DNA of 64,000 nt from an uncultured Alphaproteobacteria bacterium (GTDB lineage: Bacteria; Pseudomonadota; Alphaproteobacteria; Rhodobacterales; Rhodobacteraceae): assembly GCA_963777765.1 (NCBI GenBank), contig CAVZRP010000007.1, positions 397,968-461,967 of the forward strand. Reading direction: 5' to 3'. Every line of letters starts with the position of its first letter. The stretch's first letter is position 1. The position numbers and the translations under genes are program-made. Shown here piece by piece: positions 1 to 10,470 of the stretch. The notes beneath the pieces were generated by a model. The model saw only the letters and a list, made by a program, of their open reading frames with translations. It had not been told where the DNA came from and ran no database searches.

Positions 1-372
1 TCGGGGAAAGACCCGACCAAGGTGGACCGCTCGGCGGCCTATGCCGCGCGGTATCTGGCCAAGAACGTGGTCGCGGCGGGCCTGGCCGAGCGCTGCACGC
101 TGCAGGTCAGCTACGCGATCGGCGTAGCGAGGCCGCAATCGATCTATGTCGATACCCACGGCACGGGACTGGTGCCCGACGAACGGATCGAAGACGTGAT
201 CGGCAAGGTCATGGATCTTACGCCGCGCGGCATCCGCACACATCTCGGCCTGAACAAGCCGATCTATGCCCGCACCTCGGCCTACGGTCATTTCGGCCGT
301 GCGCCGGAAGCGGATGGCGGCTTCAGCTGGGAAAAGACCGACCTCGTCGAGGCGCTGAAACAGGCGGTCTGA
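1..372 (+). CDS. metK: S-adenosylmethionine synthetase, C-terminal part (5' truncated by window)
   Basis: Frame 1 reads [27 protein letters not shown]...QVSYAIG...TSAYGHFGR, the conserved MetK C-terminal motifs. Confidence 0.97.
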   Translation, partial: SGKDPTKVDRSAAYAARYLAKNVVAAGLAERCTLQVSYAIGVARPQSIYVDTHGTGLVPDERIEDVIGKVMDLTPRGIRTHLGLNKPIYARTSAYGHFGRAPEADGGFSWEKTDLVEALKQAV

Positions 373-380
373 CGCGGGAC

Positions 381-417
381 CGCCGGGCGCGGGGGCATCG
401 AGCCCCCTTGCCCGGCG
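381..417 (+). terminator. GC-rich stem-loop after metK
   Basis: cgccgggc..ggggg/ccccc..gcccggcg inverted repeat just after the stop; no U-tract. Confidence 0.45.
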
Positions 418-440
418 CTGCCGCCGACACCCCCTCGCCG

Positions 441-469
441 TTGACCGCGGACCTGCCCGGGCCTAGACC
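441..469 (+). promoter_or_regulatory. sigma70-type promoter for queF
   Basis: TTGACC-17 nt-TAGACC, followed by aagggg RBS and ATG at 494. Confidence 0.55.
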
Positions 470-493
470 CGAAGACTACGCAAGGGGGCCAAC

Positions 494-959
494 ATGCCGA
501 AGACCGATGTTTCAGGGCTCACGCAGCTTGGTAGCAGCACCACGCTTCCCGCCTCGCCCGAAGCGGCAGTTCTGGAGCGTGTTCCCTTCGGTCATGCAGG
601 CAGCCTTGGCGTGGTGCGCTTTACAGCGCCCGAGTTCACGTCGCTTTGCCCGATGACGGGACAGCCGGACTTTGCCCATATCGTGATCGACTACATCCCG
701 GGCGATTGGCTGGTCGAAATCGAAGTCGCTGAAGCTTTTCCTGCATAGTTTCCGCAACCACGGTGCTTTCCACGAGGATTGCACGATGGATATCGCGAAA
801 CGGCTCGTTGACACGCTGTCACCGGTCTGGCTTCGGATCGGGGCCTACTGGTATCCGCGCGGCGGCATCCCGATCGACGTGTTCTGGCAGTCCGGCAGCC
901 CGCCCGAAGGTGCCTGGGTGCCGGATCAGGGCGTCTCACCCTATCGTGGACGGGGTTGA
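494..959 (+). CDS. queF: NADPH-dependent 7-cyano-7-deazaguanine (preQ0) reductase; one extra base near 718
   Basis: [16 protein letters not shown], then after removing one A in gtcgaaatcg: [22 protein letters not shown]...[14 protein letters not shown]...YRGRG*. Confidence 0.93.
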
Positions 960-978
960 CCGGCGGCGGTGCTGCGGC

Positions 979-1007
979 TTGACGCTCCATTCACCCCCCG
1001 GTAAGGC
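979..1007 (+). promoter_or_regulatory. sigma70-type promoter directly upstream of the trmB ATG (possible leaderless mRNA)
   Basis: TTGACG-17 nt-TAAGGC ends 6 nt before the ATG at 1014. Confidence 0.5.
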
Positions 1008-1013
1008 GACGCG

Positions 1014-1721
1014 ATGACCACCGAAACCCCGCCCGACGATGCGCCGGAATGGCGCAATTTCTACGGACGCCGCTTCGGCAAGACCCTGCGCCCGACGCAG
1101 AAGGCCTACCTGGCCCGCGACCTCGAGCAGCTTCGCCCCCTCGGCATCCAGAAATGGGAAAACCCGAAGCGCCTGCCGCTCGACCTGACCGCGATCTTCG
1201 GCGACGCCCGGCCCGTCTGGCTGGAAATCGGCTTCGGCGGCGGCGAACACATGGTGCACATGGCCGCAAGCTACCCGCAGATCGGCCTGATCGGCTGCGA
1301 GCCTTTCATCAACGGCGTGGCGATGCTTCTGGGCAAGATCCGTGCGGCGGGTGTCGGCAACCTTGCCATCCACCCCGGCGACGTGCGCGATCTGTTCGAC
1401 GTGCTCCCGCCGGCCTCGGTCGCAAGGGCCTTCCTGAACTATCCCGACCCCTGGCCGAAACGCCGCCACCATCGCCGGCGCTTCGTGACCGAAGACCACC
1501 TGCGCCCGCTCGCCCGGGTGATGCAGCCGGGGGCCGAGTTCCGGGTTGCGACAGACATCCCCGACTATATGCGCCAGACACTGGCCGAGGTGCCGAAGGC
1601 AGGCTTCACCCTCGTCTCCCACGGGCCGACCGCATGGGAAGACTGGCTGTCCACCCGCTACGAGCAGAAGGCGCTGCGCGAAGGCCGCGTGCCGGACTAC
1701 GCGACCTTTCGCCGGACCTGA
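1014..1721 (+). CDS. trmB: tRNA (guanine-N7)-methyltransferase
   Basis: Motifs WLEIGFGGGEH, GCEPF, NYPDPWPKRRHHRRR, ATD, TRYEQKA. Confidence 0.97.
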   Translation: MTTETPPDDAPEWRNFYGRRFGKTLRPTQKAYLARDLEQLRPLGIQKWENPKRLPLDLTAIFGDARPVWLEIGFGGGEHMVHMAASYPQIGLIGCEPFINGVAMLLGKIRAAGVGNLAIHPGDVRDLFDVLPPASVARAFLNYPDPWPKRRHHRRRFVTEDHLRPLARVMQPGAEFRVATDIPDYMRQTLAEVPKAGFTLVSHGPTAWEDWLSTRYEQKALREGRVPDYATFRRT

Positions 1722-1938
1722 GCGGGCACGCGTCTTCGAAATCTGTCGCGCGCGGCCGAAACGCATTGGTCGAAATCGGCTCACGCGATGAAAGATCCGA
1801 TCGGACCGGTCTAACCTTATGATTTTCCGCATGTCGGGCAGGAGAACCGCTCCACACCAATCCCGGATTTGCTCAATCCGCTGGACCGCCTCCGTTCGTT
1901 TCGATAAGCCTCGGCCCGCAGAATTCCGCGAGGTTTCC

Positions 1939-3282
1939 ATGTCCGGTTCCGGCCCAGCCCTACCCATGACCGCCCACCGCTCCGGCCCCCTCACGGGGCG
2001 GGCCGAAGTGCCGGGCGACAAGTCGATCAGCCACCGCGCGCTGATCTTCGGAGCGATGGCGGTGGGCGAGACGAAAATCACCGGGCTGCTGGAAGGGCAG
2101 GACGTGCTCGACACGGCCAAGGCGATGCGCGCCTTCGGGGCGGAGGTGACGCGGCAGGGTGACGGGGCCTGGTCGGTGCATGGCGTGGGGGTGGGCGGCT
2201 TTGCCGAGCCTGCCGACGTGATCGACTGCGGCAATTCCGGCACCGGGGTGCGCCTGATCATGGGCTGCATGGCGACCACCGCGATGACCGCGACCTTCAC
2301 CGGCGACGCCTCATTGCGCAAGCGCCCGATGGGCCGTGTCACCGACCCGCTGTCGCTTTTCGGCGCGCAGGCCTTTGGTCGCAACGGGGGGCGGCTGCCG
2401 ATGACGGTGGTGGGCGCTGCGAACCCGGTCCCGGTGCGCTACGCGACCCCCGTCGCCTCGGCACAAGTGAAATCGGCGATCCTGCTCGCCGGCCTGAACG
2501 CCCCCGGCCAGACCGTGGTGATCGAACGCGAGGCAACGCGCGACCACTCTGAACGGATGCTCGTGGGCTTCGGCGCGCAATTGCAGGTCGAACGCACGAC
2601 CGAGGGCAACGTCATCACGCTGACAGGCCAACCCGAACTTCGTCCGCAGACAGTCGCCGTGCCGCGCGACCCGTCTTCGGCGGCCTTCCCGGTCTGTGCC
2701 GCGCTGATCGTCGAAGGGTCCGATATCTTCGTGCCCGGCGTCAGCCAGAACCTGACGCGCAACGGCCTCTACATCACGCTGGCCGAGATGGGGGCGGACA
2801 TCGAGTTCCAGAACCCGCGCGAGGAGGGCGGCGAACCGGTGGCCGACCTGCGCGTGCGCTTCGGCCCGCTGACGGGCATCGAGGTGCCGCCTGAACGTGC
2901 CCCGTCGATGATCGACGAATACCCGATCCTGTCGGTCGTGGCGTCGTTTGCCTCCGGGACCACGGTGATGCGCGGCGTGCGGGAACTGCGCGTGAAGGAA
3001 AGCGACCGGATCGACGCCATGGCGCGGGGGCTGGAGGCTTGCGGTGTGCGGGTCGAGGAAGACGAGGATACGCTGATCGTGCATGGCATGGGTCCGGGCG
3101 GCGTGCCGGGCGGGGCCACCGCGAAAACCCATCTCGATCACCGCATCGCGATGAGCTTCCTGATCTGCGGGATGGCGGCGAAGCGGGCGGTCTCGGTCGA
3201 TGACGCGGCGCCGATCACCACCAGCTTTCCGATCTTCGAGGGGCTGATGACCCGCCTTGGCGCGACGCTCAGCGCGGGCTGA
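1939..3282 (+). CDS. aroA: 3-phosphoshikimate 1-carboxyvinyltransferase (EPSP synthase)
   Basis: Motifs [47 protein letters not shown]. Start set at ATG 1939 behind gagg. Confidence 0.98.
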   Translation: MSGSGPALPMTAHRSGPLTGRAEVPGDKSISHRALIFGAMAVGETKITGLLEGQDVLDTAKAMRAFGAEVTRQGDGAWSVHGVGVGGFAEPADVIDCGNSGTGVRLIMGCMATTAMTATFTGDASLRKRPMGRVTDPLSLFGAQAFGRNGGRLPMTVVGAANPVPVRYATPVASAQVKSAILLAGLNAPGQTVVIEREATRDHSERMLVGFGAQLQVERTTEGNVITLTGQPELRPQTVAVPRDPSSAAFPVCAALIVEGSDIFVPGVSQNLTRNGLYITLAEMGADIEFQNPREEGGEPVADLRVRFGPLTGIEVPPERAPSMIDEYPILSVVASFASGTTVMRGVRELRVKESDRIDAMARGLEACGVRVEEDEDTLIVHGMGPGGVPGGATAKTHLDHRIAMSFLICGMAAKRAVSVDDAAPITTSFPIFEGLMTRLGATLSAG

Positions 3283-3291
3283 TCCGTCGGA

Positions 3292-3342
3292 CGGGGGGCC
3301 GTCTGCCCCCCGCACCCCCCGAGGATATTTCTCCAAGATGAA
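3292..3342. repeat. REP-like palindromic element between convergent genes
   Basis: cgggggg-ccgtctg-ccccccg hairpin followed by cacccccc-gaggatatttctccaagatgaa. It resembles, from memory, a dispersed intergenic repeat of Rhodobacteraceae. Single copy in this window. Confidence 0.55.
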
Positions 3343-3348
3343 AGCCCG

Positions 3349-3786
3349 TCAGTCCAGTGGCCGCTCGCCGATGCGTTGCGCGACCATGACGAGGTAACCA
3401 TCGGGATCCTGCACGAGGAACTCGCGCTGGCCGCCCTGACGGTCGCCCCAGTGCCGCCAGCGCTCGCGCGGCTCGACGTAGAAGGGCAGGCCTGCCGCGC
3501 TTACCGCGTGCGCCAGCGCGTCCGCGTCGCTGACATAGACCTGGAACACCACGCCGCGACCGAAGGGGCGCTCCATCGGCCCCACCTCCCAGTCGCCGTC
3601 GCGCGGATACATCATCATCTGCGCGCCGTCGGGATGCTCGAGATAGACGAACTCCTGCTCCGGCCGGGAATAGGCGATGCGGAAGCCGAGCGGGCCGGTC
3701 CAGAAGGCGAGACTCTCCTGCAGATCGGTGACAAGGAATTCGGGCATTCCCATCGCCCAGGTCTTCGGTGGTGCGCCGGTGATCAT
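3349..3786 (-). CDS. VOC (glyoxalase/bleomycin resistance) family protein
   Basis: PEFLVTDLQESLAFW..LGF, PFGRGVVFQ, GQREFLVQDPDGYL. Confidence 0.9.
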   Translation of the reverse strand: MITGAPPKTWAMGMPEFLVTDLQESLAFWTGPLGFRIAYSRPEQEFVYLEHPDGAQMMMYPRDGDWEVGPMERPFGRGVVFQVYVSDADALAHAVSAAGLPFYVEPRERWRHWGDRQGGQREFLVQDPDGYLVMVAQRIGERPLD

Positions 3787-3854
3787 CGGTCCCTCGCGGT
3801 TTGACAGGCGGCCAGCGTTAGGCAACAACACCCCCCGAGGCAAGGGAGTGCCAC

Positions 3855-4472
3855 ATGACGTTCACGGTGGCCATCGACGGCCCGGCGGCGGCCGGAAAAG
3901 GCACCATCGCGCGGGCCGTGGCGCGCCATTTCGGGTTTGCCTTCCTTGACACCGGGTTGCTCTACCGGGCCGTGGGCGCGAAGGGCGGCGATCCGCTGGT
4001 GGCAGCCCAAACCCTGACCGAGGCCGAGCTATCCCGCGACGATCTGCGCACCGCCGAAGCCGGACAGGCCGCCAGTAGGGTGGCCGCGATCCCGCAGGTG
4101 CGGGCGGCACTCGTTGAATTCCAGCGGCGCTTCGCCCGGGCGCGGGGCGGGGCGGTGCTCGACGGGCGCGACATTGGCACGGTGATCTGTCCCGATGCCG
4201 AAGTGAAGCTGTACGTCACCGCAAGCGAGGCCGTCCGCGCCCGCCGCCGCTGGCTCGAACTGGGGGGCGAGGCGAGCGGTCTGAGGCTGGACGAGATGAT
4301 CGCCGATCTGCGCGTCCGCGATGCGCGCGACGCTACCCGCGCCACCGCCCCGCTGAAACCCGCGCCGGATGCGATCCTGCTCGACACCTCCGATATGACT
4401 GTCGACGATGCCGTGACGCGCGCCATCTCCATCGTTGCCGCGCGGCTTGCCGCAACGGGCGGGGCCGACTGA
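3855..4472 (+). CDS. cmk: cytidylate kinase
   Basis: [34 protein letters not shown]; lies between aroA and rpsA. Confidence 0.97.
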   Translation: MTFTVAIDGPAAAGKGTIARAVARHFGFAFLDTGLLYRAVGAKGGDPLVAAQTLTEAELSRDDLRTAEAGQAASRVAAIPQVRAALVEFQRRFARARGGAVLDGRDIGTVICPDAEVKLYVTASEAVRARRRWLELGGEASGLRLDEMIADLRVRDARDATRATAPLKPAPDAILLDTSDMTVDDAVTRAISIVAARLAATGGAD

Positions 4473-4506
4473 GCGCGCGGCGCCGTGCCGGACCGGGCGC
4501 GCGCGC

Positions 4507-4857
4507 TCAGCGCCGCCGCGCCGATCCGGCCAACGCCGCCAGCCCCAGACCGGGGACGGCCAGCAGTACCAGTGCCACAAGGCCGAAGGGCAGCATCGAG
4601 AAGGACGATCCGGAGGCGACCCCGGTTGCGATCATAACGGCCCCCAGCATGGCGAAGACGATCGCCACCCACCGCCAGGGCCGCACGGGCCAGAGGAACC
4701 CCAGCCCGCAGCAGGCCGCAAGCGCCGCCGGGTAGCCGAGGGTCCAGAACTGTGGCGCATCCCAGGGTTCGGCCCGGCCGCTGGCCGCGACCACCCAGCC
4801 CCAGATCACACCCCCCGCAAGGACGCTGGACATCGCCGCCCGGCCATCCCGTTGCAT
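4507..4857 (-). CDS. small hypothetical membrane protein (about 4 TM)
   Basis: Hydrophobic ORF with EPWD..FW..GYP segment; agagg RBS before ATG 4857. Confidence 0.65.
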   Translation of the reverse strand: MQRDGRAAMSSVLAGGVIWGWVVAASGRAEPWDAPQFWTLGYPAALAACCGLGFLWPVRPWRWVAIVFAMLGAVMIATGVASGSSFSMLPFGLVALVLLAVPGLGLAALAGSARRR

Positions 4858-4935
4858 CTGCCGCCACCTCTTGCCAGACCCTGGCCGAGTGAAGCAGAAA
4901 ATGCGGCCGCTGTCAGGATGCGCGCGCGTTCCGCC

Positions 4936-4964
4936 TTGCCAATCCGGCCCGATGCGCCTATACG
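4936..4964 (+). promoter_or_regulatory. sigma70-type promoter for rpsA
   Basis: TTGCCA-17 nt-TATACG, implying a 5' leader of about 165 nt. Confidence 0.55.
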
Positions 4965-5135
4965 CGCAGCCGTCGAACAGGCCGAAAGAGCCGGGATACA
5001 TGAGGACTGCAGGGTCGGGATCAACTCCGGCCCTTGTTGTTTTCCGGGCGTATCCTCTCGCCGGCAGGACCAACGCAAGACCGGCGGAGCCAACCGCATG
5101 GCCAGCGAAATGACGTGAAAAGGAAAACTGACCGT

Positions 5136-6821
5136 ATGTGCGCTAAAGCAACCATGGAAGAATTCGAAGCCCTCCTGAAGGAGAGCCTCGAGATCGACAC
5201 CCCCGAAGAAGGTTCGGTGGTGAAGGGCAAGGTCATCGCCATCGAGGCGGGCCAGGCCATCATCGACGTCGGCTACAAGATGGAAGGCCGCGTCGACCTC
5301 AAGGAATTTGCCGACCTCGGCGGCAACGCCGACATCGCCGTGGGCGATGAGGTCGAGGTCTATCTCGACCGTGTCGAGAACGCCAAAGGCGAAGCGGTCA
5401 TCAGCCGCGACAAGGCCAAGCGCGAAGAAGCCTGGGACCGTCTGGAAAAGGCCTATGCGAACGAGACCCGCGTCGACGGCGCGATCTTCGGCCGCGTCAA
5501 GGGCGGCTTCACGGTGGATCTCGGCGGTGCCGTGGCCTTCCTGCCGGGCAGCCAGGTCGACGTGCGCCCGGTGCGCGATGCGGGCCCGCTGATGGGCATG
5601 AAGCAGCCGTTCCAGATCCTGAAGATGGACCGTCGCCGCGGCAACATCGTCGTGTCGCGCCGCGCGATCCTGGAAGAAAGCCGCGCCGAACAGCGCGCCG
5701 AGGTGATCTCGAACCTGACCGAAGGCCAGGTCGTCGACGGCGTGGTCAAGAACATCACCGAATACGGGGCCTTCGTTGACCTCGGCGGCGTGGACGGACT
5801 GCTGCACGTCACCGACATGGCGTGGCGCCGCGTCAACCATCCGTCGGAGATCCTTGCGATCGGCGAGACCCTGAAAGTTCAGGTCATCAAGATCAACAAG
5901 GAAACCCATCGCATCTCGCTCGGCATGAAGCAGCTTCAGGCCGATCCGTGGGATGCCGTGGAAACTGCCTATCCGCTGGGGTCGGTCCACAAGGGCCGCG
6001 TCACGAACATCACCGATTACGGTGCCTTCGTGGAACTCGAAGCGGGGGTCGAGGGCCTTGTCCACGTCTCGGAAATGTCCTGGACCAAGAAGAACGTCCA
6101 TCCCGGCAAGATCGTCTCCACCTCGCAGGAGGTGGATGTCATGGTGCTGGAGATCGACAGTGCGAAGCGTCGTGTCAGCCTCGGCCTGAAGCAGACGCAG
6201 CGCAACCCGTGGGAGGTTTTCGCGGAAACCCACCCGGTCGGCTCGACCATCGAAGGCGAGGTCAAGAACATCACCGAATTCGGTCTGTTCGTCGGTCTCG
6301 ACAACGATATCGACGGCATGGTGCACCTGTCGGACCTGTCCTGGGATCAGCGCGGCGAAGATGCCATCCAGAACTACCGCAAGGGCGACACGGTGAAAGC
6401 CGCCGTCACCGAGGTGGATGTCGAGAAGGAGCGTATCTCGCTGTCCGTCAAGGCTCTGGGCGATGACAGCTTCACCGATGCGGTCGATGGCGTGAAGCGC
6501 GGCTCGATCGTCACCGTCACCGTGACGGCGATCGAGGAAGGCGGGGTCGAAGTGGAGTATAACGGCGCGAAGTCGTTCATCCGCCGCTCGGACCTGTCGC
6601 GCGACCGGTCGGAACAGCGCCCCGAGCGCTTCCAGATCGGCGATCACATCGACGCGCGCGTGACCAACATCGACCCGAAGACCCGCCGACTGGGTCTGTC
6701 GATCAAGGCGCGCGAGATCGCGGAAGAGAAGGAAGCGGTCGAACAGTACGGCTCGTCCGATTCGGGCGCGTCGCTGGGCGACATCCTCGGCGCGGCGCTG
6801 AAAGCGACCGACAAGGGCTGA
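5136..6821 (+). CDS. rpsA: 30S ribosomal protein S1
   Basis: Six S1 repeats (YGAFVDLGGVDGLLHVTD, EGLVHVSEMSW, DGMVHLSDLSW); C-terminal SGASLGDILG. Confidence 0.99.
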   Translation: MCAKATMEEFEALLKESLEIDTPEEGSVVKGKVIAIEAGQAIIDVGYKMEGRVDLKEFADLGGNADIAVGDEVEVYLDRVENAKGEAVISRDKAKREEAWDRLEKAYANETRVDGAIFGRVKGGFTVDLGGAVAFLPGSQVDVRPVRDAGPLMGMKQPFQILKMDRRRGNIVVSRRAILEESRAEQRAEVISNLTEGQVVDGVVKNITEYGAFVDLGGVDGLLHVTDMAWRRVNHPSEILAIGETLKVQVIKINKETHRISLGMKQLQADPWDAVETAYPLGSVHKGRVTNITDYGAFVELEAGVEGLVHVSEMSWTKKNVHPGKIVSTSQEVDVMVLEIDSAKRRVSLGLKQTQRNPWEVFAETHPVGSTIEGEVKNITEFGLFVGLDNDIDGMVHLSDLSWDQRGEDAIQNYRKGDTVKAAVTEVDVEKERISLSVKALGDDSFTDAVDGVKRGSIVTVTVTAIEEGGVEVEYNGAKSFIRRSDLSRDRSEQRPERFQIGDHIDARVTNIDPKTRRLGLSIKAREIAEEKEAVEQYGSSDSGASLGDILGAALKATDKG

Positions 6822-6846
6822 TCGGCCCCTCCAGGCTGTGGATAAC

Positions 6847-6880
6847 GGGGCTCCGCCGCATGGCGGGGCCCCATCCTTTT
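6847..6880 (+). terminator. intrinsic terminator after rpsA
   Basis: ggggctccgcc-gcat-ggcggggcccc followed by atcctttt. Confidence 0.7.
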
Positions 6881-6998
6881 GCGCCAACCGCTGCCAAGCG
6901 CATGTCCGGGCAGGGTTTTCCTGTTTGTGCGACGGGAATCTTTCCCTATAGTCCATCGGAGAACATGTGGCGGCGCTGCGCCCGACCACAGGGGGGAC

Positions 6999-7283
6999 AT
7001 GATGATCCGGTCGGAACTGATCCAGAAGATCGCGGATGAAAACCCGCACCTGACGCAGCGCCATGTCGAGCGCATCGTCAATACCGTGTTCGAAGAGATC
7101 ATCGAGGCGCTGGCCAAGGGTGATCGCGTGGAACTGCGCGGCTTCGGCGCATTCTCGGTCAAGGCCCGCGACGCGAGGCTTGGGCGGAACCCAAGGACGG
7201 GCGAGTCCGTTGAGGTTGACCAGAAGAATGTGCCGTTCTTCAAGACCGGAAAGCTGCTGCGCGACCGTCTGAACGGCAAGTGA
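6999..7283 (+). CDS. ihfB: integration host factor subunit beta
   Basis: MIRSELI...[13 protein letters not shown]...GRNPRTGE...[14 protein letters not shown]; downstream of rpsA. Confidence 0.97.
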   Translation: MMIRSELIQKIADENPHLTQRHVERIVNTVFEEIIEALAKGDRVELRGFGAFSVKARDARLGRNPRTGESVEVDQKNVPFFKTGKLLRDRLNGK

Positions 7284-7305
7284 ACCCCAAGGGGGCGGAA
7301 CGGCG

Positions 7306-7668
7306 ATGCTGCGATTCCTGAAATATGTGGCCCTCGTGCTGCTGGCCGTGGCCATCGTGACCGCCGCCGTCGCAAACCGCGACCCTGTAACGCTCCGCGC
7401 CCTGCCGCCCGACATGGGGCTGTTCCTCGGCTTCACCTGGGCGGTTGAACTGCCGCTCTTCCTCGTCATCCTCGGCAGTATCGGCGTGGGGCTGCTGATC
7501 GGGTTCTTCTGGGAATGGGCGCGCGAGACCAAGCACCGATCCACCGCCAGCACCAAGTCGCGCGAGGTGGCGCGGCTGGAGCGCGAGGTCGCGCGCCTGC
7601 GCGACGCCAAGGCGGAACCCGAGGACGACGTGCTGGCGCTGCTCGAAAACAAGCGCAAGGCCGGGTAG
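7306..7668 (+). CDS. lapA: LapA (DUF1049) family membrane protein
   Basis: Two TM segments, [15 protein letters not shown], coiled-coil tail; usual position after ihfB. Confidence 0.8.
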   Translation: MLRFLKYVALVLLAVAIVTAAVANRDPVTLRALPPDMGLFLGFTWAVELPLFLVILGSIGVGLLIGFFWEWARETKHRSTASTKSREVARLEREVARLRDAKAEPEDDVLALLENKRKAG

Positions 7669-7672
7669 CCAC

Positions 7673-8317
7673 GTGCCGTCCATCCGCGTCAAGATCTGCG
7701 GCCTGCGTACGCCGGCTGATGTCGATGCCGTGGCGCGCGCCGGTGCTGCCTATGCGGGCTTCGTCTTCTTCGCGAAGTCGCCGCGCAATCTGACGCTGCC
7801 CGAGGCGCGGCTCGCGGCACTGAGCGCACCGGAAGGGTTGGCGAAGGTGGCGCTGGTCGTGGATGCCGATGACACGACGCTTGATGCGATCATCGACGCC
7901 GTCCCGCTCGACATGCTGCAGCTTCACGGCCACGAGACGCCAGACCGCGTGGCCCAAGTGCGCGCCCGCTACGGCCTTCCGGTGATGAAGGCGCTTGGCG
8001 TGGCGGATGAGGGTGACCTGCCGGCGATCATCGAGTTCTCGACTGTCGCCGACCAGTTGCTGATCGACGCAAAGCCCCCGCGCGGGGCAGAGTTGCCGGG
8101 GGGCAACGGCCTTTCCTTCGACTGGCGGCTGATCGCCAAGCGCCGCTGGCTGCGCCCTTGGATGCTTGCCGGGGGGCTGACGGCGGAGAATGTTGCCGAA
8201 GCGGTCAGGCTGACCGGCGCGACACAGGTGGATGTATCGTCCGGTGTCGAAAGCAGGCCGGGCGTGAAGGACCACGCCCGGGTCGCCGCGTTCATGGCTG
8301 CTCTCAACGGAACGTGA
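7673..8317 (+). CDS. trpF: phosphoribosylanthranilate isomerase
   Basis: [44 protein letters not shown]. Confidence 0.97.
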   Translation: MPSIRVKICGLRTPADVDAVARAGAAYAGFVFFAKSPRNLTLPEARLAALSAPEGLAKVALVVDADDTTLDAIIDAVPLDMLQLHGHETPDRVAQVRARYGLPVMKALGVADEGDLPAIIEFSTVADQLLIDAKPPRGAELPGGNGLSFDWRLIAKRRWLRPWMLAGGLTAENVAEAVRLTGATQVDVSSGVESRPGVKDHARVAAFMAALNGT

Positions 8318-8352
8318 GCCTGTCTTGGCTCACGTCGATCTTCCTGCTGCGA

Positions 8353-8919
8353 TCAGGCGTTCTTGCGGCGCTTCAGGACCGCAAATCCCGCAAGGGCGGT
8401 CACCAGCATCAGGCCGCCGGCGGGCAGCGGCACGGGGGCCACGTCAACGTCGTCCGAGACCCGGAAGGCATAGTTCACATACTCGGTCTGGTTCGTCAGA
8501 TGGTCATAGATCAACGCGCTGTAGGCCGATTGATAGCACTCGGTTCCGGCAATCGCGCAGCCATTGTATCCCAGTCCGGTGCTGTCATATGAGAAGTCCT
8601 GTGCGGCAGGCGTTCCGCCCGTGGCATAGGCGACGTCATCGCCCCAGCCGTCCAGCCATGCGGAAAAGTTGATGTCGTCCACCAGGCTGCTGACCGTCGA
8701 GATGACATAGTCGGCGGCCGTGCCGCCGAACAGGTAGGCCGCTGCCTCCTGTCCGGTGAAGACCGCAGGGTTGTTCTGCCAATACAGCGCCCCGGTCGGA
8801 TCCTGCTCGAACGACGGCGAAACAGTCCACGACCCGACGTAAGTGTAAGTTGCGGCCGAAGCAGACAAGCCTTGTGCCGCCAGAAGCATTCCGGCAGCAA
8901 TCGCGATCTTCACGCTCAT
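8353..8919 (-). CDS. secreted VPLPA-CTERM sorting-domain protein
   Basis: Sec signal peptide (ASA|ATY); C-terminal APVPLPAGGLMLVTALAGFAVLKRRK (motif, TM, basic cluster). Confidence 0.9.
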   Translation of the reverse strand: MSVKIAIAAGMLLAAQGLSASAATYTYVGSWTVSPSFEQDPTGALYWQNNPAVFTGQEAAAYLFGGTAADYVISTVSSLVDDINFSAWLDGWGDDVAYATGGTPAAQDFSYDSTGLGYNGCAIAGTECYQSAYSALIYDHLTNQTEYVNYAFRVSDDVDVAPVPLPAGGLMLVTALAGFAVLKRRKNA

Positions 8920-9153
8920 CAGACCCTCCTAGGTCAGGTACTCATTACGACACCATCCTGATAGCAAGACGCGGGGGGAACTGTCACCAAGATTCTGGAT
9001 TAACATATTATATTCAATAATTTAAAGACGATATGAACAACTTGAGATGCCTTGTTTTCAAACGCAATCTGCCGGACGGGCCGCCGTTTCGAACCCTTTC
9101 CTTTGCCACTGCGCGGGACTAAATCAGGAAATGAAACTGCACAGGGTGTGCCC

Positions 9154-10380
9154 ATGCCGGAAGATCTTATCAACAGCTACATGACCGGCCCGGACGAACA
9201 GGGCCGCTTCGGACAATTCGGTGGCCGCTTCGTCAGCGAAACACTGATGCCGCTGATTCTCGAGCTGGAAGAGCGCTACGAACACGCCAAGACCGATCCT
9301 GCGTTCTGGGCCGAAATGCACGATCTGTGGACCCACTACGTCGGCCGACCATCGCCGCTCTACCATGCGGAGCGTCTGACGGCGCTGCTTGGAGGCGCCA
9401 AGATCTACATGAAGCGCGATGAGCTGAACCACACCGGCGCGCACAAGATCAACAACGTGCTGGGGCAGATCATCCTCGCCCGCCGCATGGGCAAGACCCG
9501 CATCATCGCCGAGACGGGCGCGGGCCAGCACGGCGTGGCGACCGCCACCGTCTGCGCCAAGTTCGGGCTGAAATGCGTGGTCTACATGGGCGCGCATGAC
9601 GTCGAACGGCAGGCGCCAAACGTGTTCCGGATGCGCCTGCTCGGGGCCGAGGTGATCCCGGTCACCTCGGGTCGCGGCACGCTGAAGGATGCGATGAACG
9701 ACGCGCTGCGCGACTGGGTGACCAATGTGCGCGACACGTTCTATTGCATCGGCACGGTCGCCGGTCCGCATCCCTACCCTGCCATGGTGCGCGACTTCCA
9801 GTCGATCATCGGCAAGGAAGCCAAAGCGCAGATGATGGAACGTGAGGGCCGACTGCCCGACACGATCATCGCCGCCATCGGCGGGGGGTCGAACGCGATG
9901 GGCCTCTTCTTCCCGTTCCTCGACGACAAGACTGTGCGGATCATCGGGGTCGAAGCCGGCGGAAAGGGCGTCGATGACCGGATGGAGCATTGCGCCAGCC
10001 TGACCGGCGGCCGCCCCGGCGTGCTGCATGGCAACCGCACCTACCTTCTTCAGGATGCCGACGGCCAGATCCTCGAAGGCTACTCGATTTCCGCAGGTCT
10101 CGACTATCCGGGGATCGGTCCCGAACATTCCTGGCTTCACGATGTCGGTCGTGCGGAATATGTCAGCATCACCGACAAGGAGGCGCTGGAGGCGTTTCAG
10201 CTCTGTTGCCAGCAGGAAGGGATCATCCCGGCTCTGGAACCGAGCCATGCATTGGCCCATGTGATGAAGATCGCCCCCGGCTTGCCGAAGGATCACCTCA
10301 TCATCATGAATATGTGCGGCCGGGGCGACAAGGATATCTTCACCGTGGCGCGGCACCTCGGATTCGACATGAAGATCTGA
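9154..10380 (+). CDS. trpB: tryptophan synthase beta chain
   Basis: [42 protein letters not shown]. Confidence 0.99.
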   Translation: MPEDLINSYMTGPDEQGRFGQFGGRFVSETLMPLILELEERYEHAKTDPAFWAEMHDLWTHYVGRPSPLYHAERLTALLGGAKIYMKRDELNHTGAHKINNVLGQIILARRMGKTRIIAETGAGQHGVATATVCAKFGLKCVVYMGAHDVERQAPNVFRMRLLGAEVIPVTSGRGTLKDAMNDALRDWVTNVRDTFYCIGTVAGPHPYPAMVRDFQSIIGKEAKAQMMEREGRLPDTIIAAIGGGSNAMGLFFPFLDDKTVRIIGVEAGGKGVDDRMEHCASLTGGRPGVLHGNRTYLLQDADGQILEGYSISAGLDYPGIGPEHSWLHDVGRAEYVSITDKEALEAFQLCCQQEGIIPALEPSHALAHVMKIAPGLPKDHLIIMNMCGRGDKDIFTVARHLGFDMKI

Positions 10381-10386
10381 ACGAAA

Positions 10387-10414
10387 AGGGGACAGACCCG
10401 TGGTCGTGTCCCCT
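10387..10414. terminator. stem-loop after trpB
   Basis: aggggaca-gacc-cgt-ggtc-g-tgtcccct inverted repeat. Confidence 0.55.
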
Positions 10415-10470
10415 AAACCTTCAGCCGATGCCGCACAACGCTGCGCGAAACCCTTTGAAAATGCTTTCGT

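Noticed and set aside
373-493. preQ1 riboswitch upstream of queF
   Set aside because: No preQ1-type stem with an A-rich tail; the predicted leader is only about 20 nt.
700-730. Programmed frameshift in queF
   Set aside because: One extra A in a short A-run, no slippery heptamer or stimulatory structure, and similar indels occur throughout the window.
4806-7658. 950-aa minus-strand ORF and other long antisense ORFs (e.g. 9124-10827, 18633-20000, 34897-36258, 41949-43271)
   Set aside because: Shadows of highly codon-biased genes in GC-rich DNA; no motifs.
8995-9030. CtrA box or sigma54 promoter upstream of the VPLPA gene
   Set aside because: Only TTAA half-sites without the N7-spaced partner; no TGGCAC-N5-TTGC.
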